DNA of 64,000 nt from the NCBI GenBank assembly GCA_002009975.1, contig MTLP01000031.1:64001-128000 (forward strand), in the 5' to 3' direction. The position numbers and the translations under genes were made by a program. This DNA is from Thermococcus sp. JdFR-02 (GTDB lineage Archaea > Methanobacteriota_B > Thermococci > Thermococcales > Thermococcaceae). Positions 42,196-51,984 of the stretch are shown here, in pieces (the stretch's first letter is position 1; each line of letters starts with the position of its first letter). The notes under the pieces were generated by a model that was given only the letters and a program-made list of their open reading frames with translations, did not search any database and was not told the origin of the DNA.

Positions 42196-42828
42196 TCACT
42201 CCTTGCTTTTAACTTTAATTCCTAAAGCCTCTTTATAGTCCCATCTTCTCCCATCTTCCATAATCCAAATTTTAACACTGATTAAAGGTCCAACAGGTTT
42301 ATCCTTAACAATATCTAAGCGATAGAAATTAATTGCCATACCTCTTGGATGTCTCTCAACAACACCCAAAACATCGGTGTTGTATTTATCTGCAATAGCC
42401 TGCAAGCTTAAATCCATTCTTGGAACGAATTTACCATTTGTTAGCTCAGCGAATACTTGGGCAAAAGCGACATGATCTAAGCCAACTCTCTTAGCGGTTG
42501 TAACTATAAAGGGCATATCTTCCTTAATTAACCTTATATTCCTAAACCCGATTTCTCTCTGCAACTTAATTCCATGCAAGTAAAGATAACCCAAATATCC
42601 CCAATCAGTAGGAGAAACTTTAATGAAAGTCATTTTGAGTGGATTACCCTTCCATACATTAATAATCAAAAGTCTTTCATAACCCCGATCATAAGCTTCC
42701 ATAAGAAGATCTTGAATAGTCTTTTTTCCCCTCGTCAAATAGGTAGAATTAGGGAAAACTCTTTCTAAATCATGACCAAAACTCCTTGTCCTCCGAGTAG
42801 GTCTATGAGAAGTTGTTATTAGAATCAT
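42196..42828 (-). CDS. Brix/Imp4-domain ribosome biogenesis protein
   Basis: ITTSHRPTRRTRSF, RGKK, KGNP. Confidence 0.9.
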   Translation of the reverse strand: MILITTSHRPTRRTRSFGHDLERVFPNSTYLTRGKKTIQDLLMEAYDRGYERLLIINVWKGNPLKMTFIKVSPTDWGYLGYLYLHGIKLQREIGFRNIRLIKEDMPFIVTTAKRVGLDHVAFAQVFAELTNGKFVPRMDLSLQAIADKYNTDVLGVVERHPRGMAINFYRLDIVKDKPVGPLISVKIWIMEDGRRWDYKEALGIKVKSKE

Positions 42829-42848
42829 TTTCACTCACGAATTGTTTT

Positions 42849-42998
42849 TCAAATTGCCTTAACCCTTCTTGCAACCTTAGTCCTTGGTTTATAGAGTATC
42901 TTGCTTCCACAGAAAGTACATCTAACTTCTCTTGTGGTTGCTAAATCAATCTTAACTTCCTTACCACATTTCGCACATCTATATATTACTTCCACCAT
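42849..42998 (-). CDS. rpoP: RNA polymerase subunit P (Rpo12); below the ORF-track length cutoff
   Basis: Manual translation MVEVIYRCAKCGKEVKIDLATTREVRCTFCGSKILYKPRTKVARRVKAI; Zn ribbon; SD GGTGA. Confidence 0.93.
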   Translation of the reverse strand: MVEVIYRCAKCGKEVKIDLATTREVRCTFCGSKILYKPRTKVARRVKAI

Positions 42999-43028
42999 CA
43001 TTATCACCAAAAAGATGTTTTAAGGGGA

Positions 43029-43298
43029 TTAACCCCTTGACTTTTCGCTAATTATTCTTTGAGCAACCTTTCCAGCTGGTGTGACTGGTAAATAAGCTCC
43101 ACCAGCAAAGACCGCACCACACTTTTGGCATTGCCATATTCCAGTGCTTATTCTCTTAACAGCTTTTCTTCCACATACTGGACAAGTGTGCTTTTGCCTC
43201 ATCTTTTCCTCTACTGCTGCAACTCTTCTTCTAATCTTCAAACCGTATCTCGGACCAAACCTTCCAGCTGAACCAACTTTTCCTGCTTTTTTAACCAT
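43029..43298 (-). CDS. rpl37ae: 50S ribosomal protein L37Ae
   Basis: [24 protein letters not shown]. Confidence 0.96.
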   Translation of the reverse strand: MVKKAGKVGSAGRFGPRYGLKIRRRVAAVEEKMRQKHTCPVCGRKAVKRISTGIWQCQKCGAVFAGGAYLPVTPAGKVAQRIISEKSRG

Positions 43299-43409
43299 GA
43301 GCATCACCTCTAATAATCTTTAAGCTGATGAGTATAGCGGAGTTTTATTTAAAAGGCTTTTCCTAAAACCTAACTAAAGAACAAAAATTTAATTTATAAA
43401 TCTTTCTTG

Positions 43410-43946
43410 CTAAATGCTCCTAATTTCTCTGTGGGAGATTTTCCATGTTAAGACTACAAAAGCTTCTCCAACTAAGAGACATAATCTCATACTCCACGGA
43501 CCCCATGACTGATTGTAAATTGCACACTCCCAACCAGCGATCCAAAGAGCTGGAAAAAGAAAACCCATTAGGCGAATTGTCCATCTCTCTAATTTCGTGA
43601 CTTTAGGAAGTGCTTTCTTTTCATGGAAAGCTATGAATGCAAAGATTAAAGCCAATATCAGAAAAAATCTCCCCGTAGCCATTAATGCTGGAATAAAGAC
43701 CAAAAATAGCACAAATCCAATGACTACAACACCAAGAAGTGTCTTTTTATAATCAATGTCAGTCAAAAGCTCAACTAATCCAAGAATAATAATAGATAAT
43801 AGTAACGCAGGTATGAAAGTTCCCAGGTAGTCAGAAAATGATATGCAAGCACCAGGAGCAAAAAAAGTTAGTCTAAGTAACCAAAAAAGAAAAATAATGA
43901 GGGAATTAAGGAGCAACTTCTTTTTCTCTGGAGATACCTGAATCAT
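43410..43946 (-). CDS. Hypothetical membrane protein
   Basis: About 6 hydrophobic segments; SD GGAGG. Confidence 0.65.
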   Translation of the reverse strand: MIQVSPEKKKLLLNSLIIFLFWLLRLTFFAPGACISFSDYLGTFIPALLLSIIILGLVELLTDIDYKKTLLGVVVIGFVLFLVFIPALMATGRFFLILALIFAFIAFHEKKALPKVTKLERWTIRLMGFLFPALWIAGWECAIYNQSWGPWSMRLCLLVGEAFVVLTWKISHREIRSI

Positions 43947-43966
43947 ATGATGCTCCTCCCTTTATC

Positions 43967-44377
43967 TTAGACCAGATACACCCTCCTAAGCCGCATTTTT
44001 ATTGTGTAATATGCCAAGACAACCCCACTAAGCCATGAGACCAAAATAAGCCATCTATCATCTTTAGGAAGAGCAAGCCAAAAATCAAGAAAAAGTATTG
44101 AAAATAATCGGATTAGCCATTTTTCGTGAGATAAAGCCTTATCCAGCTCATTAGCTTTAGAGAAAGCGTTAGCCAATAGCTCATAAGAAAAAATCAAGAA
44201 AGTGCTAAGTACAGTGTAGCCAATTAACGCCTCATAAAAGGCTTTTGATGAGAGGTCTTTTATATGAAGATGGGGATAAAGGACTCTAAAAGCGCACAAC
44301 ACAGTAAAACCGAGTACAATCAATAGGAAGTCCTTACTTTTGATTATCCTACTGGAAGCTATATCATGATATGACAT
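43967..44377 (-). CDS. Hypothetical membrane protein
   Basis: About 4 hydrophobic segments; SD-like GGGGA. Confidence 0.6.
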   Translation of the reverse strand: MSYHDIASSRIIKSKDFLLIVLGFTVLCAFRVLYPHLHIKDLSSKAFYEALIGYTVLSTFLIFSYELLANAFSKANELDKALSHEKWLIRLFSILFLDFWLALPKDDRWLILVSWLSGVVLAYYTIKMRLRRVYLV

Positions 44378-44400
44378 TGTTACATCCCCCAATTGAGAAA

Positions 44401-44580
44401 TTAGAAAACAAGATCGTTAAGCCATCCACCTTTCAGAAGCAGTTTATGATATTCATTAAATACCTTCTCAATCTCAGTTCTTGACACTTCCTTACTAGTT
44501 CCAAAGGGAAATGCCATTGCTGTTCCAGCTGTTGCTCCAACCATTAACAATCCAACCAACAGGGCAAAAAGTTTCTTCAT
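44401..44580 (-). CDS. Short secreted peptide or truncated secreted-protein remnant (59 aa)
   Basis: Signal peptide MKKLFALLVGLLMVGATAGTAMA, SD GGAGGTGG, own TATA; mature part only about 36 aa. Confidence 0.55.
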   Translation of the reverse strand: MKKLFALLVGLLMVGATAGTAMAFPFGTSKEVSRTEIEKVFNEYHKLLLKGGWLNDLVF

Positions 44581-44804
44581 GTATCCACCTCCATGAAATA
44601 TTTGCATTAATAAATTGGGCATTATGGCTTATAAATTTTTCCTTTTATTTAAAGTAATTTATCTTTTTTCTTTTTTCGTAAGAAATTCTTTCAAACTGTA
44701 GTTTTGCTTGCCCTTTTATTCAAAACGGGCCAAAGTAAAAGAGTGGATATAAATGTACATTACAGTATAGAAGCAATAAATTTCAAAGGAAAAGAAGACA
44801 AAAA

Positions 44805-45617
44805 CTACTCCCTCTTTCCCACAGCTTCAAGAATCTTTTCCCTAATCTCTTTAGCCCTCTTAAAGGCTACATCAACTGCATACATGACCTCTTCAAGTTT
44901 GAAACTTCCTCCCTCGCTCTTTTGCACTGCTGAAATCATTCCATTTTCGTCTGTAGTTATTGTAAGCTTCCCCTCCATCACTTGTTCTTCTTCTAAGTTT
45001 GGATCAACTACCAAGTTTCCACCAATTTTTGCAAAGCTCACTGGAATTGGTATCTTTGTCACTGGCAATGGCTCAAACTCCTCCAATAGCATAACTTCCC
45101 CTGTTTCCTCGTTATATTGAACTTTTGGCATTTTTGTGTTCAAAAGAGCCGCGATTGCACCAATTCCACATGCATCTACTAAATTTCCGTCGTGATCTAA
45201 GACGTGAACATCTATAAACACGACCCTAACGAGCTTTCCTGGAACGATAACTAGCTTTTCCAAGTCAATAGTTTGACTTTCCCTTATACCTCTGTCCACA
45301 ACTCTAGCTAGTTCAATTGACCTCTCATCCGGAGGACCTGGTTCAAAGCTTGGTGAAGCCAATGGTACAAGCTCAACGTTTGTTGTCATGACACCCATAT
45401 TAGGCAGATCTGGAAAAGGCTCTCCCAAATCTATCTTTATACCTACAAGAACTTGAGTGTTGCCAAGTTTAACCCAAGCAGAACCTTCAGCTTTCTCAAT
45501 TACCCCAACTTTTACTTCTAATGGTCTTATATCTTCCAAGTCTCTGCCGTCTATTCTCTTCCCATTCTTGAGCAATTCGAGAATGTGATCTTTCATAATT
45601 GATGCCATTACTTCCAT
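44805..45617 (-). CDS. rrp42: Exosome complex component Rrp42
   Basis: RIDGR, KAEGSA, FEPGPP, DHDGN. Confidence 0.95.
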   Translation of the reverse strand: MEVMASIMKDHILELLKNGKRIDGRDLEDIRPLEVKVGVIEKAEGSAWVKLGNTQVLVGIKIDLGEPFPDLPNMGVMTTNVELVPLASPSFEPGPPDERSIELARVVDRGIRESQTIDLEKLVIVPGKLVRVVFIDVHVLDHDGNLVDACGIGAIAALLNTKMPKVQYNEETGEVMLLEEFEPLPVTKIPIPVSFAKIGGNLVVDPNLEEEQVMEGKLTITTDENGMISAVQKSEGGSFKLEEVMYAVDVAFKRAKEIREKILEAVGKRE

Positions 45618-45619
45618 TT

Positions 45620-46357
45620 TCACTCCTCCTCTATAATCTTAAGATATTTTTCTTTCAAAGCTTCTCTCTGCTTTTGATAAACTGCTTTTGCACCTTTTAT
45701 AGCTAATCTCACGGCTTCAACGAACTCCTCTTTACTTAAATAGCCATCCATTTGTAAGAGCGTTATATCATTCTTTATTGGCATTATTGCAACTGGAACA
45801 TCTGCTTCTCCATAGTTGTCTTCCTCTTTATTTAAATCCAAAACTAGCTCCCCATCGATTTTTCCTGCTGCACATGCTGCAACTAAATCCTTCATTGGAA
45901 TCCCAGCATCTGCTAAGGCTAATGAAGCAGCGGTAATTCCAGCAACTCTTGTTCCAGCATCAGCTTGTAAAACTTCTATGAAAACATCTACAGCTGTTCT
46001 CGGAAATAATTCAAGAATTAGAGCTGGTTCCAAAGCCCCTCTAATCACTTTGCTAATTTCCACACTCCTTCTATCTGGACCGGGTTTTTTACGTTCCTCA
46101 ACACTAAATGGAGCCATATTATATCTTACTCTTAAAATTGCCCTATCTGGTCTTTGCAAATGCTTTGGATGAATTTCCCTTGGACCATAGACAGCGGCTA
46201 AAACTTTATTTTTACCCCATTCTACATAAGCTGAGCCATCAGCACTTTTTAAAACACCAATTTCCATTTTTATTTTTCTAAGCTCATACTTCTTTCTACC
46301 ATCTATTCTATAGCCGTTTTCATCGATAAGCTTCAATCCCTCAGGCTTCTCCATCAT
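45620..46357 (-). CDS. rrp41: Exosome complex exonuclease Rrp41
   Basis: [26 protein letters not shown]. Confidence 0.96.
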   Translation of the reverse strand: MMEKPEGLKLIDENGYRIDGRKKYELRKIKMEIGVLKSADGSAYVEWGKNKVLAAVYGPREIHPKHLQRPDRAILRVRYNMAPFSVEERKKPGPDRRSVEISKVIRGALEPALILELFPRTAVDVFIEVLQADAGTRVAGITAASLALADAGIPMKDLVAACAAGKIDGELVLDLNKEEDNYGEADVPVAIMPIKNDITLLQMDGYLSKEEFVEAVRLAIKGAKAVYQKQREALKEKYLKIIEEE

Positions 46358-47114
46358 TTCTTTCACTCTCCTCTACTTTGAATTCGGGGATATCTTCAAC
46401 AACTCCTTGCTCTTTAAGCTCTTGCAACCTCTTTACTAAGAAATCCTTAACCCTATCAGTTAATCCCTGAGTGTGGCTTTCTCTATTCACCTTTAGAATA
46501 GCTTCAATAGCTAATCTTTCAAGCTCTTGCTTCTTGCCACTCAACCAAACCCAACCGTTTTGTCCAACTATTATGCGCGTTTGTGTCAACGTTTTGATTG
46601 TGTTGATCATTGAACCTCCTTTCCCAATTAAGCGAGGCACTTTTGATGGTGTAATCTTTACTATCTGACCGCCCCTAAGAGGACCTCCACCAAAGGGCAT
46701 TCCCTTTGTCATTAAGTCTATTTGATTCACTTCATTAAAGGCCTTCACTTTTGCATAGATTATATCTCCTATGTCGAAGAATCTCCTTAGATCTACCTTA
46801 AGAAGGTCTATTTTTTCTTCTAAAGCATCTTGAATTCTAAGCGTTGCTTGATAAGGCGCACCAATATCTACTACCCAATTTGAGAATTTTACATCTATTA
46901 TTTTTCCGATGACATTGTCTCCAACTTCTGGAATGTAAGGACCTTCCAGTGGAATAACTCTTATAGTGTCTCCCCTTATGTCTACCAATCCTATAACGGT
47001 AGAGTAAACCCTCGTTCCTTCTTTAAAAGTTCCTTTGCCAGATTTGAATGGTCCTTGAGCTAAAAGCGTTCCTGGAACCACTAACTCCCTATTTGATACA
47101 AAAACCTTTCTCAT
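46341..47114 (-). CDS. rrp4: Exosome RNA-binding protein Rrp4
   Basis: VVPG, YIPEVGD S1 domain, KH motif RLIGKGG. Confidence 0.95.
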   Translation of the reverse strand: MRKVFVSNRELVVPGTLLAQGPFKSGKGTFKEGTRVYSTVIGLVDIRGDTIRVIPLEGPYIPEVGDNVIGKIIDVKFSNWVVDIGAPYQATLRIQDALEEKIDLLKVDLRRFFDIGDIIYAKVKAFNEVNQIDLMTKGMPFGGGPLRGGQIVKITPSKVPRLIGKGGSMINTIKTLTQTRIIVGQNGWVWLSGKKQELERLAIEAILKVNRESHTQGLTDRVKDFLVKRLQELKEQGVVEDIPEFKVEESERNDGEA

Positions 47115-47821
47115 AGTCCCTTCCTCTCTATAAGTTTAGTCATAACATTGCCCTTTGTAAGGGCGTTTAGTTTTTCATAAAATTCTTCTTCAACTCCACC
47201 TGGAATTTCAATTAAAAACATCCACGAGCCATCTCTTCCCCATTCTTCTTTTTTAATATTTCCAAATTTCCTTACTTCTCCAAAGGCTTTTCCAACGTAT
47301 TCTGAAGGTATTTTAACTGCAATTACTTTTGTTTCAATCTTAAGAGGTAGGACCCTCCTCAACGCTTTAATAATCTGTGGCACTTGGGCTTCAGCATCTT
47401 TAAAGATATCCACATGAACACCAACTTCTTCCATAGCCTTCAAAACCCTATCCGGTGGATGTGGATAACCTGTTCTTGGATCAACAGCATGTCTGTGAAT
47501 TATCATTGCTATTTGCTTCTTTTTCTCCTCAAGCATCTCTCTCCTTTGCTGAGCTGTAAGCTGAACTTCACCTTTTCTAAGGATAATCTTTGCAACCTCG
47601 TAGGGATCGCTTGTCCCAAAGATCTTCTGCATTTCGTTTTCACTGGCTTTATCTCCTTTATGAGCATCTTTAAAAACATAAGGAGTGGCGAGAATTTCTT
47701 CTATTGGAACTTCCTTTCCTTCTTTGAAATCCCTTGCCAAGTAAGGATCTACTAAGATTTCAAAAACATCCCCATGTGTCTTTAATCGAGCAATCACTGC
47801 TTTATCAACGCTTATGGGCAT
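47111..47821 (-). CDS. Ribosome assembly factor SBDS
   Basis: [22 protein letters not shown]. Confidence 0.94.
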   Translation of the reverse strand: MPISVDKAVIARLKTHGDVFEILVDPYLARDFKEGKEVPIEEILATPYVFKDAHKGDKASENEMQKIFGTSDPYEVAKIILRKGEVQLTAQQRREMLEEKKKQIAMIIHRHAVDPRTGYPHPPDRVLKAMEEVGVHVDIFKDAEAQVPQIIKALRRVLPLKIETKVIAVKIPSEYVGKAFGEVRKFGNIKKEEWGRDGSWMFLIEIPGGVEEEFYEKLNALTKGNVMTKLIERKGL

Positions 47822-47832
47822 TGTACTCACCG

Positions 47833-48615
47833 CTAATAATTGTTGTCCAAGTCAGCATAATCAACTTCCTTTTCATCTACTTCTTCAGCCTCAACCTTTT
47901 GGAGAATGTCGGCGAAATACTTTTCAAGCTCCTCTTGGCTTAGCTTTCTAAACTTCTTCTCTTTAACATCAATTACGGCAACTTCAACATATTCTGCCTT
48001 TGGCTCTTCCATGGTCTTAGCTAGGGCAAGCATTGCAAGCTTTATTGCATCTTCTAAAGTCATGTCATCAGTGTATTTCTCCTCAAATATTGCCATTGCT
48101 GTGTTTCTTCCACTTCCTATTGCTACAGCCTTCCACTCAAAGTATGCACCACTTGGATCCGTCTCAAAAAGTTGTGGTTTTTCATTAACTCCAGCCATTA
48201 ACAAAGCGGCACCAAAAGGTCTTACACCACCGTATTGGGTGTGCATTTGCTTTAAATCACAGATCTTTTTAACTAAAACTGCAAGATGAACGGGTTCTCC
48301 ATAAGTTAGGCGATAAATTTGAGCTTCTAAACGAGCTCTATCAACTAAAATTCTTGCATCTGCTATTATTCCACTTGAAGCAGCAGCTATATGCTCATCA
48401 ATTTGGAAAATCTTCTCATAGCTTTCTGGTTCTATTAATCTACTTGTTACTCTTTTTTCTACAGCCAAAACTACTCCATCTTTACATTTTATTCCTACAG
48501 CAGTTGCTCCTCTTTTTACGGCTTCTCTTGCATATTGCACTTGGAAAAGCCTTCCATCCGGGCTAAAAACAGTTATTGCCCTATCATACCCAGCTTGCGG
48601 TGGTACAAACGCCAT
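47833..48615 (-). CDS. psmA: Proteasome subunit alpha
   Basis: [29 protein letters not shown]. Confidence 0.97.
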   Translation of the reverse strand: MAFVPPQAGYDRAITVFSPDGRLFQVQYAREAVKRGATAVGIKCKDGVVLAVEKRVTSRLIEPESYEKIFQIDEHIAAASSGIIADARILVDRARLEAQIYRLTYGEPVHLAVLVKKICDLKQMHTQYGGVRPFGAALLMAGVNEKPQLFETDPSGAYFEWKAVAIGSGRNTAMAIFEEKYTDDMTLEDAIKLAMLALAKTMEEPKAEYVEVAVIDVKEKKFRKLSQEELEKYFADILQKVEAEEVDEKEVDYADLDNNY

Positions 48616-48740
48616 TTTACATCACCTCTAATGATTATCGTAACAGTTATACAATATTCCCTCTCTCCACTTATAAGCTCTTTTAAATATTGGATACTTA
48701 AACTTTTGCATGAACGACAAAAGGAAAACACCGTCTCACA

Positions 48741-49103
48741 TTACTTCCAATCAAATTCTTTCAAAAACTTCATCTTAAGCCTCTTTATTGTCCCAGATAC
48801 ACCAAGCGTTCTCATTATAACCTTTGAACCATTTATCTGGGTAAGCATTGTCAAAGCAAATCTAACTTGCTCCACATAAGCCCTATCGCACCTTACAATT
48901 CCAGTCTGACTCTTCTCATCAAATCTTATGAACCAAATCTTAGCTTTAGCAGTTCCCAATTCCCCCAAAACTCTGAGAGAAGCCTCCCAAATTGCCTTTT
49001 TGATCTCTCCACTCTTAAATGTCCTCTCTCCAATAACCTGAAAAGCTATATATCTTTGCTTATCCCTAAGTGTTGGAGGTAGGGTTTTAGGTTTTTTGTT
49101 CAT
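48741..49103 (-). CDS. rnp2: RNase P protein component 2 (Pop5)
   Basis: [24 protein letters not shown]. Confidence 0.93.
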   Translation of the reverse strand: MNKKPKTLPPTLRDKQRYIAFQVIGERTFKSGEIKKAIWEASLRVLGELGTAKAKIWFIRFDEKSQTGIVRCDRAYVEQVRFALTMLTQINGSKVIMRTLGVSGTIKRLKMKFLKEFDWK

Positions 49104-49274
49104 GGAGAAGACTAAAGCAAATGACTTATTAATCTTTATGTTTTGTCAAAATGTCAGAACTCCTCAAAATCTAAGATTCATTTTAGACAATCAACAATGA
49201 AAATTTGATTTTGTCAAATTTTGACGGAAATTCTCCCAAAAAAGCTTTAAGAGTAAAGTTCATTTAAAGACCTT

Positions 49275-49457
49275 GATGCCCTATGATGTTCAGGAGTGAG
49301 TGTCTTTGGAATAGGAGTTAGAGAGTTTAGAATTCTTCTGGTTAGCTTATTCTTCAAAATCAAAGGGCGGGATTGTTTTTGGAATACACATTCTTAGGTT
49401 TGAAGGTATGAATAACGCTTATTCTGATCTTTTTAAACTTTTTAGGAGGTGTTTTAG
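49275..49457 (+). promoter_or_regulatory. Structured 5' leader of trpB2 (putative Trp-responsive RNA switch)
   Basis: TATA TTTAAGAG at 49246; long hairpin 49277-49369; alternative helix with 49415-49425; shares motifs with the leuS leader. Confidence 0.6.
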
Positions 49458-50798
49458 ATGAGAAGAGTTAAGGCAGTTTTAAAAGCCGAAGATATGCCAA
49501 ATAGGTGGTACAACATTTTGCCAGACTTGCCAGAGACTCTACCATTGCCTTTAGATCCAGAGACAAACAAGCCCATAAATCCAGCTAAGCTTGAGAGGAT
49601 TTTTGCAAAGGGATTGGTTAGGCAAGAAGTTAGCGACAAAAGGTATGTAAAAATTCCAGAGGAAGTTTTGGAGAAATACGTAAAAGTTGGTCGTCCAACA
49701 CCGCTTTTTAGAGCAACACATCTAGAGAAGGCATTGAAGACCCCAGCAAGGATTTACTTTAAATATGAAGGGGAAACGATAACGGGAAGCCACAAAATAA
49801 ACACCGCTTTAGCACAGGTCTACTACAACAAGCTTGAGGGAATTGAAAGGGTTGTAACAGAGACGGGAGCAGGACAATGGGGAACTGCTTTATCATTAGC
49901 CGGAGCTTTGTTTGATCTAAAAGTTAGGGTTTACATGGCAAGAGCCAGCTATCAACAAAAGCCATATAGAAAAGTGCTCATGCAAGTGTATGGAGCAGAG
50001 GTTTATCCTTCTCCAAGTGATAGAACGAAGGTTGGAAGATACTTCCTATCGCAAGATCCAAATCACCCCGGTGGATTAGGCATAGCAATAAGTGAAGCGA
50101 TTGAAGATGTATTAACGGATGAAAAAGCGCGCTACTCGTTAGGTAGTGTCTTGAACCATGTATTAATGCACCAGACAATCATAGGGGAAGAGGCTAAACT
50201 TCAAATGGAAATTCTTGGGGAAGAGGCAGACATAATAGTTGGCTGTGTTGGAGGAGGGAGCAACTTTGCTGGAATAGCATATCCCTTCATTAGGGATGCA
50301 ATAAAAGGAAGAAAGGAGATTAAATTTTATGCAATAGAACCTAAAGCCGCACCATCGATGACAAAGGGTATTTACACTTACGATTACGGAGACAGCGGGA
50401 GGTTAACGCCTTTAATAAAGATGCACACCTTAGGGCACATCTACAATGTTCCACCAATCCATGCGGGTGGCTTAAGATATCACGGTGTCGCACCAACTTT
50501 GAGTGTTTTAATTAATAACAACATCGTTAGTCCAAAAGCCTACCATCAAACCGAGATTTTTGAAGCAGCTATGCTCTTTGCAAGGACTGAGGGAATTGTT
50601 CCAGCACCAGAGAGTGCCCATGCAGTTAAAGGGGTTATAGATCTTGCTTTAAAAGCTAAGGAGAAAGGCGAAGAAAAAGTAATACTTTTTAACTTAAGTG
50701 GACACGGACTTTTGGATTTAAAAGGCTATGAAGACTATTTGGATGGAAAAATCCAAGATTATGAACCAAAAGAGATTCCAATTTTGAAAAGCTATTAG
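49458..50798 (+). CDS. trpB2: Tryptophan synthase beta chain, stand-alone TrpB2 type
   Basis: [14 protein letters not shown] (PLP Lys), [34 protein letters not shown]; 446 aa with no trpA nearby. Confidence 0.92.
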   Translation: MRRVKAVLKAEDMPNRWYNILPDLPETLPLPLDPETNKPINPAKLERIFAKGLVRQEVSDKRYVKIPEEVLEKYVKVGRPTPLFRATHLEKALKTPARIYFKYEGETITGSHKINTALAQVYYNKLEGIERVVTETGAGQWGTALSLAGALFDLKVRVYMARASYQQKPYRKVLMQVYGAEVYPSPSDRTKVGRYFLSQDPNHPGGLGIAISEAIEDVLTDEKARYSLGSVLNHVLMHQTIIGEEAKLQMEILGEEADIIVGCVGGGSNFAGIAYPFIRDAIKGRKEIKFYAIEPKAAPSMTKGIYTYDYGDSGRLTPLIKMHTLGHIYNVPPIHAGGLRYHGVAPTLSVLINNNIVSPKAYHQTEIFEAAMLFARTEGIVPAPESAHAVKGVIDLALKAKEKGEEKVILFNLSGHGLLDLKGYEDYLDGKIQDYEPKEIPILKSY

Positions 50799-50799
50799 T

Positions 50800-51450
50800 T
50801 TATCTTTTTTCCAGCTTTTCTAAAATTTTTCTTGGATAAAAACTGATCGAAGCCTTTGCTTGGGGAATTTCCATTCCAATTGCAATTCCAAAGCTTGCTA
50901 AGTCTCTTGGAGCTCTTACTTCCCAAAAACTTTCTGCTGAAGAAGTTAAAAATCTTGGAACCTTGTATTTTTCTATCAATCGCCAGTTTCTCATCATAAA
51001 CTTTAAAATGTTCGCCCTCTCGTAGGGATTTGCCCTTAAAAGGGGAGCAAGAGAAAAGCCTATTGCAACATCATTCTTAGCCGCTAATCTAGCAAGAACA
51101 TGATCTAAGCCAGAGTCTCTTCTTCCAAATTCTGGGCTTATTAAAGCATCGACACCAATTTCAAGAGCAAAGCGGTTGATTTTTAAGCTCCCACCTTGGA
51201 CATATATTAAAGCTTTGAGATTCCTATTTTTCACTTCCCTAATCAAAGAAGGTTTGTTTGTTATCAAAAGCAGGGCAACTTTTTTATAACGCTCTCTAAG
51301 TTCTTTAAGCTCTTCTTTGAGCTTCCCATAATCTGGACTTTTCTCTAACTTAAGCTTTTTTGTAAAGACTACTTCATCAAACCATTCTTCAGCCAATTCG
51401 TAAGCCTTTGCATCCCTAATATCCATCTCAATGAACTGTAATGATGTCAT
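50800..51450 (-). CDS. rnp3: RNase P protein component 3 (Rpp30)
   Basis: [22 protein letters not shown]; superoperon position. Confidence 0.9.
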   Translation of the reverse strand: MTSLQFIEMDIRDAKAYELAEEWFDEVVFTKKLKLEKSPDYGKLKEELKELRERYKKVALLLITNKPSLIREVKNRNLKALIYVQGGSLKINRFALEIGVDALISPEFGRRDSGLDHVLARLAAKNDVAIGFSLAPLLRANPYERANILKFMMRNWRLIEKYKVPRFLTSSAESFWEVRAPRDLASFGIAIGMEIPQAKASISFYPRKILEKLEKR

Positions 51451-51902
51451 TCGCTCAACCACTCTCCAATAGCCCTTACAACGGTCTCTTTCTTCATTGG
51501 GAAGGATTTAACCTTTATTCTAACATGAATTACATCCTCTCCATCTAAAACTTTAATCTCTCCAAGGTAAGCCTTCTGCTTATCAAAGCGAATGTAGAAG
51601 GTTCCGTTCTCATCTACCTTTTCCTCTAAATTCTCCAAGAGAAATGCTTTATCTTCCTCGCTTAAGATGTTTTTGAGGTTTTCTAAAAACTTTCTAACGT
51701 TCCTACTTCTCTTTATCTCTGCATCAATAACGAGTATGGGATTTCCAAAGTATCCCTCTGTCTCAACCATTTCAAACTCCACATCTTTTGGAGACAAATC
51801 TTCAGGGAAGAGAGTTTCTAAAGCTTCTAAAACCTTTTCAGGATCTTCAGTGGCATGGACAAATGTTCTAATTTTGACATTATGAGCATTAAGCTTAACC
51901 AT
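51447..51902 (-). CDS. Exosome-operon RNA-binding protein (DUF54-like)
   Basis: [22 protein letters not shown]. Confidence 0.85.
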   Translation of the reverse strand: MVKLNAHNVKIRTFVHATEDPEKVLEALETLFPEDLSPKDVEFEMVETEGYFGNPILVIDAEIKRSRNVRKFLENLKNILSEEDKAFLLENLEEKVDENGTFYIRFDKQKAYLGEIKVLDGEDVIHVRIKVKSFPMKKETVVRAIGEWLSE

Positions 51903-51984
51903 AAATTTCACCCCAAAGTTAATTGGAAATAAGGTTTAAAAGCTTTTAACTGCCAAAAATACCTAAGAAAGAAATTAAACACCA

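Noticed and set aside
49283-49428. ATGATG ... CTGA as a C/D box sRNA
   Set aside because: About 140 nt between boxes, imperfect C box and no clear C'/D' pair; better explained as an mRNA leader.
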